Positions 10,396 through 21,943 are shown, counted from the stretch's first letter. The stretch is DNA of 64,000 nucleotides from an uncultured Aliarcobacter sp. (GCA_963677435.1 OY781945.1:2272001-2336000), one strand, 5' to 3'. The notes: generated from the sequence alone by a model not told the origin. Numbers and translations: made by a program.

Positions 10396-10425
10396 AATAT
10401 AAAGAGAGTTTTCTCTCTTTATATT
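10396..10425 (-). terminator. hairpin downstream of betT
   Basis: AATATAAAGAGAG-tttt-CTCTCTTTATATT. Confidence 0.65.
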
Positions 10426-10445
10426 TTATCTGATAATAGTACTAT

Positions 10446-12449
10446 TTAATCAATTGGTACTACAGGATTCAAACTAGATGTGTTATGTAAAAAGTGTCTA
10501 TGTTTTTCAAACTGATCTATTATATCAGTAGCAATAACATCTTCATCATATCCATAAATATCATAAGCTTTATTACCATCTTGTAAATAAACTTCAGCAC
10601 GAGCATATTTTTTCTGCTCTTTTGTTGGATTTACAGATTCAGGATATGCATAACTTGGAGTATCATAATTTCTAGAACGAACTTCATAAATGAAATCAAA
10701 ATCATCTGAGTGTTCAACTCTAATAACTGAAACACCAGCTATTTTATCATTTGAAACATCAACATTCCAAGAGTAACTACTAAGTTCATCTTTTACTATA
10801 TTCATAGCATTAAAAACATTTTCATTAATAAATCTTTTTGTTTCATCAACTTTTGGGAACTCAATGATTCTGCTAAGTCTTGATTGCCAAGTTCCACTTA
10901 TTTTCCCATGTCGTCCTGCATTCATATGATGTTGTAAACTCTCATATCTAATTGACTCTAATTTAAGAGCTTTATAGAGTCCCCAACAAGCGATTAACAT
11001 AATTATTGCAAATGGTAAAGCTATTATTATTGAAGCTGATTGTAAAGCTCCTAAGCCACCTGCAAGTAATAAAGCAACTGCCACAACACCTTCAGTTACT
11101 GACCAAAATATTCTTTGCCAAACTGGATTATTATCTTTTCCCCCAGAAGCAATTGTATCCACAACTAAAGAGCCAGAATCTGATGATGTAACAAAAAAAG
11201 TTACAACTAAAATAATAGCAATTACAGATATAAAACTAGAAAAAGGGAAATGCTCTAAAAATTTGAAAAGTGCAGTTGAAACATCAGCGGACACAGCTGT
11301 TGATAAATCAGAAAATCCTTCATGCATAATTGCATTTAAAGCACTATTTCCAAAAACAGTCATCCACATAAATGTAAATCCAACTGGTACAAATAAAACA
11401 CCAACTACAAATTCTCTAATTGTTCTTCCCCTTGATACTCTTGCAATAAACATTCCTACAAATGGAGCCCAAGCAATCCACCAAGCCCAATAAAATAGTG
11501 TCCAAGAACTAATCCAAGAAGTTTTATCATAAGCATATTGATTAAATGTCATAAATACAATATTAGATAAATATGAACCGATATTTTGGATATATGCATT
11601 TAATAGAAAAAATGTAGGACCAGCTAAAAAGATAAATAAAACTAAAAAACAAGCTAAATAAAGATTGAGTTCTGATAATCTTTTTATTCCCGTATCAAGT
11701 CCTAAAACAACAGAAATTGTGGCAAAGGTTGTTATTATTGCAATTAATACAATTTGAGTTGAGATTCCAACTGGAATATCAAATAAATAGTTTAATCCTG
11801 AGTTTATTTGTAAAACTCCAAATCCTAATGATGTTGCCACCCCAAAAATAGTACCAAGTACAGCAATTGTATCAACACTATGTCCAATACCACCATAAAT
11901 TTTATCTCCAACTAAGGGATATAAAGCTGATCTAATTGACAAAGGTAAACCATGTCTAAAAGAGAAATATGCCAATACTAAACCAACAACTGCATAAATT
12001 CCCCAAGCATGTAAACCCCAGTGAAAAAATACAATATTCATTGCAAGTTTTGCAGATTCAATACTCTCAGGTGTTCCAACAGGTGGAGAGACATAATGCA
12101 TTACAGGTTCAGCAACACCCCAAAACATAAGCCCTATTCCCATTCCAGCTGAGAAAAGCATAGCAAACCAAGATAAATTGCTATAGGCAGGTTTTGATTG
12201 ATCTGGTCCTAACTTAAATTTACCAAAGGGTGAAATTGCTAGATACAGCACAAAAAGTGTAAAAATACCTACACTTGACATATAAAGCCAACCAAATTTT
12301 TCAGCAACAAAATTTTTAATACTACTAAAAATCTCATTTGCAATTTGTGGCATAATCATTGTAAATGCCACCAATACTACTATAAATAATACTGATGGAA
12401 TAAATACAGGTTTTAATATTGTTGAATTAATATTATTCTTCATTTTCAT
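10446..12449 (-). CDS. betT: BCCT-family choline/glycine betaine transporter with BetT-type C-terminal domain
   Basis: SWFAMLFSAGMGIGLMFWG, FFHWGLHAW, WTLFYWAWWIAWAPFVGMFIARVSRGRT; long C-terminal tail. Confidence 0.9.
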   Translation of the reverse strand: MKMKNNINSTILKPVFIPSVLFIVVLVAFTMIMPQIANEIFSSIKNFVAEKFGWLYMSSVGIFTLFVLYLAISPFGKFKLGPDQSKPAYSNLSWFAMLFSAGMGIGLMFWGVAEPVMHYVSPPVGTPESIESAKLAMNIVFFHWGLHAWGIYAVVGLVLAYFSFRHGLPLSIRSALYPLVGDKIYGGIGHSVDTIAVLGTIFGVATSLGFGVLQINSGLNYLFDIPVGISTQIVLIAIITTFATISVVLGLDTGIKRLSELNLYLACFLVLFIFLAGPTFFLLNAYIQNIGSYLSNIVFMTFNQYAYDKTSWISSWTLFYWAWWIAWAPFVGMFIARVSRGRTIREFVVGVLFVPVGFTFMWMTVFGNSALNAIMHEGFSDLSTAVSADVSTALFKFLEHFPFSSFISVIAIILVVTFFVTSSDSGSLVVDTIASGGKDNNPVWQRIFWSVTEGVVAVALLLAGGLGALQSASIIIALPFAIIMLIACWGLYKALKLESIRYESLQHHMNAGRHGKISGTWQSRLSRIIEFPKVDETKRFINENVFNAMNIVKDELSSYSWNVDVSNDKIAGVSVIRVEHSDDFDFIYEVRSRNYDTPSYAYPESVNPTKEQKKYARAEVYLQDGNKAYDIYGYDEDVIATDIIDQFEKHRHFLHNTSSLNPVVPID

Positions 12450-13710
12450 TTTCCTTTTTATATTCTAAATCTTGTCTTGGGTCTAATTCTACTACTGTTC
12501 CTCCTGAAGCTACTGGGATATTTACAAATACACTCATATCATCATCTGCAATTCGTTTTTTTGATAGGGAATAAAATCCTATAAAAACACCTAAAATTGA
12601 AAAAATCACAAAGATGAATTCTGAATAATAATAAAGTCCAAATCCTAAAAATATTGGAGCAATAAAAGCACCTAATCCATAAGTAAATAATAAAGATCTA
12701 CTAATTTCTACGATATCTTTATTTTCATCCACAACATCATTTGCTCTTGATAAAGATAAAGGATAAATAGAAAAAATACTAAACCCTAATAAAATACCTA
12801 ATATACAAATTATAGTTACAGAAGATATTGAAAATAAAAATAATAGACAAATAAATGAGATATAAAAACCATTAAAAGCTATGAGTTTTCTTCTTCCATA
12901 TTTATCAGATAGTAGACCAATTGGCCATTGAGAAATTAATCCTCCAAGAATTGAGCAAGCCATAAATAGTGAAACAGTTTCTATTGAAGAATATTTTTGC
13001 ATAAGATAGATTGGTACCATTGTAAAAAATCCACCAACAAAAAATCCACCAATAAAACTTCCAGTTAAGGCAAGTGGAACTACACTATAAAGTTTTGGAA
13101 AACTATATTTTTCAAAAGGTTTTAAAATTGGCTCTTTTATTTTTGTCATAGAGATAAAAAGAACAGAAAAAAGTATTAATACTGAACCTAAAATAAAAAT
13201 TATATAAGTAGTATCACCTTTTATATTTAAAAAAAGTTGTCCAAGAGCAGTTGCTAAATAGAAAATAATTGTATAAATAGCAAGTATTTTCCCCCTGTGA
13301 GTTTGGCTACTTTTTTCATTTAACCAACTTTCAATAATAATTAGCAAAGCATAAAAAGCAAAACCAGAGATAAAACGCAATAGTGCCCATAAATATTCAT
13401 TAAAAAATAGAGCTTGAATTAAAAAAGAGATTACCATCAAAGAAGCAAAAGTAGCGAAACTTCGAATATGTCCGACGGAGGATATAATCTTTTGACTAAA
13501 TATAGAGGAGCCAATGGCGCCTAGAAAAAATGAGGCATTAATCAAACCAATTACTGCATCATTTAAACCTAAATCTTTTAGATAAACTCCCACATAAGTC
13601 AAAATCATACCGTAACCAATTGCTAAAAAAGCAATGGCAAAAAATAGTGATGAAATAGGACTTAATGAGAATTTTTCCATATACGAGTGTGTGTTTATAT
13701 GTTCATTCAT
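12433..13710 (-). CDS. MFS transporter (YcaD-like); start may be 13680
   Basis: About 12 TM helices, VGHIRSF, IESWLN, QWPIGLLSDKYGRR. Confidence 0.85.
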   Translation of the reverse strand: MNEHINTHSYMEKFSLSPISSLFFAIAFLAIGYGMILTYVGVYLKDLGLNDAVIGLINASFFLGAIGSSIFSQKIISSVGHIRSFATFASLMVISFLIQALFFNEYLWALLRFISGFAFYALLIIIESWLNEKSSQTHRGKILAIYTIIFYLATALGQLFLNIKGDTTYIIFILGSVLILFSVLFISMTKIKEPILKPFEKYSFPKLYSVVPLALTGSFIGGFFVGGFFTMVPIYLMQKYSSIETVSLFMACSILGGLISQWPIGLLSDKYGRRKLIAFNGFYISFICLLFLFSISSVTIICILGILLGFSIFSIYPLSLSRANDVVDENKDIVEISRSLLFTYGLGAFIAPIFLGFGLYYYSEFIFVIFSILGVFIGFYSLSKKRIADDDMSVFVNIPVASGGTVVELDPRQDLEYKKENENEE

Positions 13711-13822
13711 CCTTTCAAATTAACATATCTGTTCTTAAATTTCTCTTTTATAAGCTTATTTGTTCCTAAAAAGTAACATAATTGTTATATAATAATTACA
13801 AAATATTAGCTATGGAAAAATT

Positions 13823-14599
13823 ATGCAAACAAAAAAACTAATATCTTATTTAACTTGTGAAAAATTTGAAAATGAGATATTTATAAGAGTAGAAGAGCGA
13901 TATAAGTGCAATATTATAAAAGATGCAATTATTGTAAATTTAGAAAATGATGAACAAATTATTTTATTTAAATATGGTGTTTTCATTTGTTGGAATGTAA
14001 AATTTGAAAATATCAAATTTTTTATGGATTTTATAAAAAATTATGAAATTAATAGTTTTGAAATTCCTTTTATTGAAGAATTAAATTACATTTTAGAAAA
14101 TGAATTTAAAATAAACTTCGATACAATCTATCTAAATGATTTATCTTCAACATCAAAAATTGCCATATCTCAAGCCTTAGCTCAAAATGTAAAACTTGAT
14201 CAATTTGAAAAAGAACTTCAATCAAGTATAGAAGACAATTCAAAAATTCCTTTGCAATTAGCCCAAACAGGAAAAATCAAACTTACAAAAAAAGAAATTT
14301 CAAAAAAAATTGGAGAATTATTTTTAGTAAAAAGTAAAATAAATCTACACTACGATTTACTTGATACTCCTGAATTTTTTTGGGAATATCCACAATATGA
14401 AAATCAATATGAAAAAATGATTAAATATTTAGATATAAAATCAAGGGTTGAAGTTCTAAATAAAAAAGTTGAAATTATTCAAGAACTTCTGCATGTTTTA
14501 GGAGATGAACAAAAACATAGATATTCATCATTTTTAGAGTGGATAATTATTATATTAATTGCTTTTGAAATAGTAATTAGTCTTAAAGAGTATCTTTAA
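13823..14599 (+). CDS. RMD1/YagE (DUF155) family protein
   Basis: FKYGVFICWN, SQALAQNVKL, LLDTPEFFWE, LEWIIIILIAFEI. Confidence 0.85.
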   Translation: MQTKKLISYLTCEKFENEIFIRVEERYKCNIIKDAIIVNLENDEQIILFKYGVFICWNVKFENIKFFMDFIKNYEINSFEIPFIEELNYILENEFKINFDTIYLNDLSSTSKIAISQALAQNVKLDQFEKELQSSIEDNSKIPLQLAQTGKIKLTKKEISKKIGELFLVKSKINLHYDLLDTPEFFWEYPQYENQYEKMIKYLDIKSRVEVLNKKVEIIQELLHVLGDEQKHRYSSFLEWIIIILIAFEIVISLKEYL

Positions 14600-15230
14600 C
14601 AGATTTTAAATCTGGAAAGTTTACTCTTATTTTCTCCATAAAACCACTATCTGGGTCATGTTTTATTGTTCTATATTTTGCATCTTTTTCTAAAAATAAA
14701 GGATGATGCTCAAAACGCATGTATTCATAATGTCCAATTAAATATTTGATTGTTTTATATTTATCTTTTAAATATTTAACTAATTCAATATTTGCTTTTA
14801 ATTGTTCATCTGTTAATGGCTTTTTATTTCCACCAACATTCTCAATTCCAATACTTGAAAGATTCAAACCTATTATATGTCTTGCCATATAAGTTTCAGG
14901 CATCAAAGAATAAATTGTTCCATCAAAATCTACTAAAAATTGCGCTGATACATTTAAATCTCCAGCTTTTTTTATATATTTTCTATCTGATAATAAAATC
15001 TCAGGATAAAATCTATCAAAAGATTCTTTTAAATCATCACTTGCCGTATGATGAATAACTATTATTTGAGGAACTATATTAATATCTTTAACATCTAAAC
15101 CATAAGAATTTTTTATATATTCTTTAGTTAAATCAATACGATTTTGTGTAAATTTTATTGGCATCTGCTTTATTTCGATGGCATAAGCGTTAATTAGTAA
15201 AAGTAAAATTGTAATAAATATTTTTTTCAT
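14583..15230 (-). CDS. exported N-acetylmuramoyl-L-alanine amidase (Amidase_2 type)
   Basis: Signal peptide, IVIHHT, SAQFLVD, ARH, SIGIENVG, LIGH, DP. Confidence 0.85.
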   Translation of the reverse strand: MKKIFITILLLLINAYAIEIKQMPIKFTQNRIDLTKEYIKNSYGLDVKDINIVPQIIVIHHTASDDLKESFDRFYPEILLSDRKYIKKAGDLNVSAQFLVDFDGTIYSLMPETYMARHIIGLNLSSIGIENVGGNKKPLTDEQLKANIELVKYLKDKYKTIKYLIGHYEYMRFEHHPLFLEKDAKYRTIKHDPDSGFMEKIRVNFPDLKSVKDTL

Positions 15231-15320
15231 GGCAGCATTGTAACAAATTAACTTTATAATTCCATTTGTAAATTAAATGAAGATAATAATATAATCTACT
15301 TATCAATAAAAAGGAAACTT

Positions 15321-15611
15321 ATGACAGATATAAAAGAAAAACTAAAAGACTTAGTTGAAACAGTAATGATTCCAGAAGTTGAAAATTATTTAGAAGATTT
15401 ATCTAAACTTTTAGAAACAAATTCACAAACTGAAGATGATATGTTGGCTATCGAAGAAATGGAGTCATTTTTAGTTGAACTTCAAAATATTTTAGCTGTA
15501 ATTGAAGAGAATAAAACAGAAGATTGTGAATATCAAAGAATTTATGATTATATTATGAAAAATTTAGATGAACATGAACATGGGCACAATATTGAAGAAC
15601 AAGAAGACTAA
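15321..15611 (+). CDS. acidic hypothetical protein with short His-rich tail
   Basis: 96 aa, RBS AAGGA, tail HEHGHN. Confidence 0.7.
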   Translation: MTDIKEKLKDLVETVMIPEVENYLEDLSKLLETNSQTEDDMLAIEEMESFLVELQNILAVIEENKTEDCEYQRIYDYIMKNLDEHEHGHNIEEQED

Positions 15612-15615
15612 AAAT

Positions 15616-17226
15616 CTACTTGTTTTCTATATTTACTAAAGCCTCTTGAACTAATAATCGCCCTACTTCAAAATGAGCATGTACAAATTTCTTAATATTT
15701 AAATCTTTTAATTGTGATTTTTCATCTAAAGATTCAATTTTCAACAATATATTCGCATTTGCATGAAACTTTAAAACAGCTTCACAAATCAATCTTTTTC
15801 TATGGGTATCACTAACAGTTATAATCACACTAGAAGCCTCATCAACTTTTAATGACTCTAAAACGGGTAATTTATCTAAGTGACCAAAATATGCCATATA
15901 TCCTAATTTTCTTCCTAAAAGAACATGTCTTAAATCATCCGAAATAATAACAAAAGGAATTTTTCTTTCTTTTAAATCATTTGCAATCACTCTTCCTAAA
16001 ATTGAAAATCCACAAATAACCACATGGTTTTTTGCTTCAATTGGAGTAATTTTATCAGATTCATAAAACTCAACAACAAAATAAGAAGCTAATTTATAAA
16101 TATTATTTACAATAAATGGTGTTAAAATCATTGATAATACAGAAACCAAAATCAAGAAACTTGCAGTTTCATGTGATAATAAATTATTACTTGCAGCTAG
16201 TGCAAATATAGCAAATGAAAATTCTCCAACTTGACAAAGAGCAAGTGCAGATTTTACAGCGGTACTTTTATCTGACTTTCTTCTAATAATCACATAAATA
16301 ACTAAAGCTTTAATAAGCATGATTAGAATAAATATTGCCAAAATTATATGAACATTTTGTAAAAAGTATAAAGCATCTATTTTTGTTCCAACAGAGAAGA
16401 AAAATGCACCTAAAAGTAAATCTTTATAACTTGCAATATCAGATTCAACCTTTACACTAAAGTTAGTATCAGAAATAATCATACCAGCAATAAAAGCACC
16501 CAAAGAGTAAGTAAATCCCATTTCATGTGCTAAAAGTGATGTTCCTATTACTATTGATAAAACTGAACCTAAAAACAGCTCTTCTATTCTTGTGTCTGAA
16601 GCAAATTTCAAAAGCCAAGAGATAAGTTTTTTTCCTATTGTAAACATAAAAAGTACAATAATTATTGCTGAAATAAAAGTTTTTCCTAAAACTTCACCAA
16701 TAGACAAAGTATCATTTGTTAAAAATGTAATAAGTAATAAAATAGGAATAACTGCTAAATCTTGGAAAATTAAAATTGCAGTTGATTTTTCTCCATAAGG
16801 AGTGTGAATATCTTTTGAATGTTTTAAATATGTTAAAACAATTGCAGTTGAAGATAAAGAAAAAGCTAAAGAAACAATAAGTGAAACTTCAACACTCAAA
16901 CCAAAAACAAAAAATGCAGCTAAATAAATAAGCACCGCACTAATACTTACTTGTAAAAAACCATTTAATAAAAGTATTTCTTTCATTTTTTTGATTTTAT
17001 CAAAACTCATTTCAAGTCCGATTGTAAACATTAAAAATACAATCCCAAACTCTGCAATAAGCTCTAGTGAACCAATATCTAAGCCATTAAAATTAAAAAT
17101 ATAACTAATTAATGTTCCTGTTATTATATATCCTATAATATGTGAAACTCCAAATCGTTTTAAAATTATATTTAAAATAGTTGCTATTGAAATGCTCAAA
17201 AATAGCGTAAATAAGATATTTTCCAT
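15616..17226 (-). CDS. CPA2 cation:proton antiporter with C-terminal TrkA-N domain (KefB/KefC-like)
   Basis: AEFGIVFLMFTIGLE, SSTAIV, LIFQD, QVGEFSF, HVVICGF. Confidence 0.88.
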   Translation of the reverse strand: MENILFTLFLSISIATILNIILKRFGVSHIIGYIITGTLISYIFNFNGLDIGSLELIAEFGIVFLMFTIGLEMSFDKIKKMKEILLLNGFLQVSISAVLIYLAAFFVFGLSVEVSLIVSLAFSLSSTAIVLTYLKHSKDIHTPYGEKSTAILIFQDLAVIPILLLITFLTNDTLSIGEVLGKTFISAIIIVLFMFTIGKKLISWLLKFASDTRIEELFLGSVLSIVIGTSLLAHEMGFTYSLGAFIAGMIISDTNFSVKVESDIASYKDLLLGAFFFSVGTKIDALYFLQNVHIILAIFILIMLIKALVIYVIIRRKSDKSTAVKSALALCQVGEFSFAIFALAASNNLLSHETASFLILVSVLSMILTPFIVNNIYKLASYFVVEFYESDKITPIEAKNHVVICGFSILGRVIANDLKERKIPFVIISDDLRHVLLGRKLGYMAYFGHLDKLPVLESLKVDEASSVIITVSDTHRKRLICEAVLKFHANANILLKIESLDEKSQLKDLNIKKFVHAHFEVGRLLVQEALVNIENK

Positions 17227-17355
17227 TATTCTCTTTCTTTTTATATGTATAAAAATTATATCGAATTTAGCTTGTTTATTTTATGATTAATTGTATATAT
17301 TTTATTCATTAAATAAATTAAATTTTTTTGCTATAATTTCACCAAAGGATTTTAT

Positions 17356-17685
17356 ATGAAAAAAACATTCCAACTAATAGTTGCTAATAAAAATAAAGAT
17401 AGACAAGTTGAATCTATCAAAAATGATGTAAGAAAATATATCAAAAGAGAAAGAACTAAAAAATTACCAGAAAATTGTAATTACTGGAATTTTGATTGTA
17501 AATTTGGTAAAACAGAAAATGAAGCAGAAGTGATTAGATTTGTAGATATTACAAAATCAATTGATATTGCTGCAAGTGAAAATCTTGAAAGTTTTTATTT
17601 AGAACTAGTTGCTCGTGCAGAATTTAGAAAACCAAAAGAAAAAACTCAAACAAATAATGAAGAAGACGAAGAATTAGAAGATTAA
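17356..17685 (+). CDS. conserved hypothetical protein (DUF6172-like)
   Basis: MKKTF...IKNDVRKYIKRER.KKLP...WNFDCKFG pattern. Confidence 0.7.
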   Translation: MKKTFQLIVANKNKDRQVESIKNDVRKYIKRERTKKLPENCNYWNFDCKFGKTENEAEVIRFVDITKSIDIAASENLESFYLELVARAEFRKPKEKTQTNNEEDEELED

Positions 17686-17830
17686 TTCTCTCTTCATCAT
17701 TAAAAACTCACTTAATCTACTTATAGAACAAATCTAAAAAATCAAATTTACTCTAAAATAGCAATTTTTGGATTGTTTAATATTTGTAATTAAGTTATTG
17801 TTTTAAAAATAAAAAAATGGAGACTTTATA

Positions 17831-19093
17831 ATGAATTACATAACAAACGCAACGCTAGAACAAGCAGATAAAGAAGTATTTGACATAATCGAAAACGAAT
17901 TAAAAAGACAAACAAATCACTTAGAGATGATTGCAAGTGAAAACTTTACAAGTCCAGCTGTTATGCAAGCTATGGGTTCTGTTTTTACTAACAAATATGC
18001 TGAGGGTTATCCTTACAAAAGATATTATGGTGGTTGTGAATTTGCTGATAAAGTTGAGCAATTAGCAATTGACAGAGCTTGTGAAATCTTTGGTTGCTCT
18101 TATGCAAATGTTCAACCTCATTCAGGGTCTCAAGCTAATGGTGCTGTTTATGCTGCTTTAATAAATGCTGGTGATAAAATCTTAGGTATGGATTTATCTC
18201 ATGGTGGACATTTAACTCATGGATCAAAACCAAGTTTTTCTGGTAAAAACTATTCTGCATTTTATTATGGTGTTGAACTTGATGGTAGAATCAATTATGA
18301 TAAAGTTATGGAAATTGCAAAAGTTTGTCAACCAAAAATCATTGTTTGTGGTGCTAGTGCATATGCAAGAGAAATTGATTTTGCTAAATTTAGAGAAATA
18401 GCTGATAGCGTTGGTGCTATTTTATTTGCTGATATTGCACATATTGCTGGTCTTGTAGCTGCTGGTGAACATCCAAGTCCTTTCCCTTATGCCGATGTTG
18501 TAACAACTACTACTCATAAGACTCTAAGAGGTCCAAGAGGTGGTATGATTCTTACAAATGATGAAGATATTGCTAAAAAAATTAATAGTGCTATTTTCCC
18601 AGGAATTCAAGGTGGACCACTTGTTCATGTAATTGCTGCAAAAGCAGTAGCATTTAAAGAGATTTTAGACCCAAAATGGAAAGATTATGCAAAACAAGTA
18701 AAAGCAAATGCTAAAATACTTGGAGAAGTTCTAATGAAAAGAGGATATGATTTAGTTTCAGATGGAACAGATAATCACTTAGTATTAGTAAGTTTTTTAA
18801 ATAAACCATTCAGTGGAAAAGATGCAGATGCAGCTTTAGGAAATGCAGGAATTACAGTAAATAAAAATACAGTTCCAGGTGAGACAAGAAGTCCATTTGT
18901 AACAAGTGGTATAAGAATTGGGTCTCCTGCATTAACAGCACGAGGAATGAAAGAGAAAGAGTTTGAAATAATTGCAAATAAAATTTGTGATGTATTAGAT
19001 AATATTGAAGATACAGCTCTTCATGCAAAAATAAATAAAGAATTAGAAGAATTAGCTGGGAATTTTGTGATTTACAATAAATCGACTTTCTAG
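17831..19093 (+). CDS. glyA: serine hydroxymethyltransferase
   Basis: [39 protein letters not shown]. Confidence 0.98.
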   Translation: MNYITNATLEQADKEVFDIIENELKRQTNHLEMIASENFTSPAVMQAMGSVFTNKYAEGYPYKRYYGGCEFADKVEQLAIDRACEIFGCSYANVQPHSGSQANGAVYAALINAGDKILGMDLSHGGHLTHGSKPSFSGKNYSAFYYGVELDGRINYDKVMEIAKVCQPKIIVCGASAYAREIDFAKFREIADSVGAILFADIAHIAGLVAAGEHPSPFPYADVVTTTTHKTLRGPRGGMILTNDEDIAKKINSAIFPGIQGGPLVHVIAAKAVAFKEILDPKWKDYAKQVKANAKILGEVLMKRGYDLVSDGTDNHLVLVSFLNKPFSGKDADAALGNAGITVNKNTVPGETRSPFVTSGIRIGSPALTARGMKEKEFEIIANKICDVLDNIEDTALHAKINKELEELAGNFVIYNKSTF

Positions 19094-19118
19094 TCTCTTT
19101 TTTATATAAGGATAAAAG

Positions 19119-19949
19119 ATGAAAGATATTGTTGCCTTACATGATAACTATATACAAATAGAAAAAGCAATTAAATATATTGATGAGAATTTTAAAGAAC
19201 ATCCATCAATTGATGAAATTGCAAAAAATGTAGGTATGAGTAAATTTCATTTTATCCGAGTATTCAAAGAGTATGTAGGAGTTACTCCTAAACAATTTTT
19301 GCATTGCGTAACTTTAAATTATGCAAAAGAACATATAAAAGAGTCCAAATCCATACTAGATAGTAGTTTGGATATTGGACTTTCCAGCACAAGTAGACTT
19401 CATGAACTTTTTGTAAACCTAATTGGTGTAACGCCAAAAGAGTGGAAAGAAAAAGGAAAAGATGTTCAAATCACTTATGGATTTGGTGAAACTCCTTTTG
19501 GTGAAGCCTTAATTGGTTTTACAGACAAAGGAATCTGCTATTTAGGTTTTATTGATGATAATAAAACAGAGATTTTTAATCGATTTAATGAACTTTGGGA
19601 AAATGCAAATCTAGTTCATAATGAAATTGCTGCAAATGAATATTTAGAAAATATCTTCGTAAAAAATAAAAAATATAATCTTTTTGTAAAAGGAACAAAT
19701 CTTCAAGTAAATGTTTGGAAAGCTCTTTTAAATTTACCAAATGGAATAGTTGCAACCTACCAAGACATAGCAAATTATTTAGATAAACCAAAAGCTGTTC
19801 GAGCCATTGCTAGTGCCATTGGAAGAAATCATATTGGCTATTTAATTCCTTGCCACAGAGTCATTGCAAAAAGTGGAGCAATGAGTGGTTATAGATGGGG
19901 AATTGAGAGAAAGAAAATACTAATTGCCTATGAGTCAATCAATAAATAA
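19119..19949 (+). CDS. ada: AraC-HTH + O6-methylguanine-DNA methyltransferase (Ada-like, no N-terminal Zn domain)
   Basis: HTH with FIRVFKEYVGVTPKQF; active site IPCHRV. Confidence 0.88.
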   Translation: MKDIVALHDNYIQIEKAIKYIDENFKEHPSIDEIAKNVGMSKFHFIRVFKEYVGVTPKQFLHCVTLNYAKEHIKESKSILDSSLDIGLSSTSRLHELFVNLIGVTPKEWKEKGKDVQITYGFGETPFGEALIGFTDKGICYLGFIDDNKTEIFNRFNELWENANLVHNEIAANEYLENIFVKNKKYNLFVKGTNLQVNVWKALLNLPNGIVATYQDIANYLDKPKAVRAIASAIGRNHIGYLIPCHRVIAKSGAMSGYRWGIERKKILIAYESINK

Positions 19950-20047
19950 CTAAATTTCTGTACATATTATCAACATTTTAAATCAAAAAGTAACTCCTAT
20001 AAAAGATATAATTTAAGTATTATTATTAAAGATTATCAAGGTAAAAA

Positions 20048-20755
20048 ATGAAAAAGATTTATATCATAAAAGCTGGAACAACATTTGAAAATATTGTTGA
20101 AAAATATGGAGATTTTGAGCATTGGATTTTAAAATATATAGATGATTTTTCAACTCAAACTATTGATATTCAACAAAATGAACAATTACCAAAATTTGAA
20201 AACTGTGCTGGTGTAATAATCACAGGTTCACACGCAATGGTAACCCAAGAACTTCCATGGAGTTTAAAAATAGAAGCTTTCATAAAAGAACTTTCAAAAC
20301 TTGAAATACCACTTTTAGGTATTTGTTATGGTCATCAATTAATTGCAAAAAGTTTAGGTGCAGAAGTAAACTATCATCCAAAAGGTATGGAATTAGGAAC
20401 TGTAAATATTTCTCTTAGCCAAGAGGCACAAAATGATGAGATTTTCAAACATCTTCCACAAACATTTGATGTTCATGTTGTTCATTCTCAAAGTGCATTA
20501 ACTTTGCCTTTAAACTCAATATTATTGGCTTCAAATGAGTTTGAAAAAAATCACGCTTTTAAAATTGAGCCAAATATTTGGGCTGTTCAATTTCATCCAG
20601 AATATGATGAAAATATTATGAAAGCCTATATTAGTGAAGTTGCAAAAAGTAAAACTATAAATGAAGATGAAATATTATCAAATGTAAAAGATACAAATCA
20701 TTCAAATAAAATAATAAAATTATTTACAGATTATGTAAAAAATAAACAGAGTTAA
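20048..20755 (+). CDS. class I glutamine amidotransferase-like protein
   Basis: ITGS, GICYGHQ nucleophile elbow, QFHPE. Confidence 0.85.
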   Translation: MKKIYIIKAGTTFENIVEKYGDFEHWILKYIDDFSTQTIDIQQNEQLPKFENCAGVIITGSHAMVTQELPWSLKIEAFIKELSKLEIPLLGICYGHQLIAKSLGAEVNYHPKGMELGTVNISLSQEAQNDEIFKHLPQTFDVHVVHSQSALTLPLNSILLASNEFEKNHAFKIEPNIWAVQFHPEYDENIMKAYISEVAKSKTINEDEILSNVKDTNHSNKIIKLFTDYVKNKQS

Positions 20756-20764
20756 TAAAATTTA

Positions 20765-21934
20765 TTAACTCTGTTGAATTGTTTTTTCAAATCTTCTAAA
20801 TCCCTCTTTTATCTCTTTTTTTGAAATAGTCAAAGGTGGTAAAAATCTAATTATATTTTTTCCTGATTTCAAAACTAAAACACCGTTTTCTAAGGCATTA
20901 TTTATAATCTCAGAAAGTTTGTTTTCATCTTTTAAAACAAGCCCTTTCATAAATCCCCAACCGTTTCTTTGTAAAAATATTTTAGGATATGTATCAACTA
21001 AATGGTCTAAATGTTTGTTGAAATAATTAATATTTGATTCAAGTTTTCCACTATTTAAATAAGCTTCTAAAATATCTAAAACCTTGTTGCAAACTGTAGT
21101 TGAAAAATGATTTCCTCCAAATGTTGAACCATGATCACCAGCTGTTAAAACATCTTTTAAATTTGTCATCATTACACCAATTGGAATTCCACTTGCTAAA
21201 CCTTTTGCAAGAGTTATAATATCTGGCTTTATTCCAAAATATTGAGACATTAAAAAATTCCCACTTCGATAAACTCCTGTTTGAACTTCATCAACTATTA
21301 AAAGAAGATTTTTATTTTTTAAAATAGTCTCTAACTCTTTTACCTTATTTACATCTTGCATATAGATTCCACCCTCACCTTGAATCAACTCAAGCATAAC
21401 ACCAACCGTAGAATCATCAATCAAATTTATAGCTTCAGCTATATCTTTTGCGTAAATAAATCCATCTGGATAAGGACCAAAATATTTGTGTTTATCTTCT
21501 TGAGCTGTTGCTTTTAAAGTAGCTATTGTTCTGCCATGAAAAGAGTTTTGAATAGTGATAATTTTATATTTTGGTGTTGAAAATGCAGTATTTCCATATT
21601 TTCTTGCAAGTTTTATTGCACTTTCATTTGCTTCTGCTCCACTATTACAAAAGAAACATTTCATATCATAAGTGCTTAATTCCACTATTTTTTTGGCACA
21701 TTTTTCTTGAGATTCTATATGATAAACATTTGAAGTATGTAAAATTTTATTTGCTTGTTTTTCCATAGTTTTAACAAGTTCTTTATTACAATATCCCAAA
21801 CTATTTACTCCAATTCCTGAAGTAAAATCAATATAATCTTTCCCTTTTTCATCGTATAAAACTGATTTTTTACCTTTTACAAATGATACATTTAATCTAT
21901 TGTATAAAGGTAATAAATAACTATCTTCGTTCAT
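20765..21934 (-). CDS. argD: acetylornithine aminotransferase-like (class III PLP enzyme)
   Basis: NSGAEANE, SFHGRT, IQGEGG, DEVQTG, LAKGL, HGSTFGGN. Confidence 0.85.
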   Translation of the reverse strand: MNEDSYLLPLYNRLNVSFVKGKKSVLYDEKGKDYIDFTSGIGVNSLGYCNKELVKTMEKQANKILHTSNVYHIESQEKCAKKIVELSTYDMKCFFCNSGAEANESAIKLARKYGNTAFSTPKYKIITIQNSFHGRTIATLKATAQEDKHKYFGPYPDGFIYAKDIAEAINLIDDSTVGVMLELIQGEGGIYMQDVNKVKELETILKNKNLLLIVDEVQTGVYRSGNFLMSQYFGIKPDIITLAKGLASGIPIGVMMTNLKDVLTAGDHGSTFGGNHFSTTVCNKVLDILEAYLNSGKLESNINYFNKHLDHLVDTYPKIFLQRNGWGFMKGLVLKDENKLSEIINNALENGVLVLKSGKNIIRFLPPLTISKKEIKEGFRRFEKTIQQS

Positions 21935-21943
21935 TTTTATTCC

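Noticed and set aside
20048..21934. Functional link between the glutamine amidotransferase and the argD-like gene
   Set aside because: Convergent orientation and no ligase or dehydrogenase genes to complete a pathway
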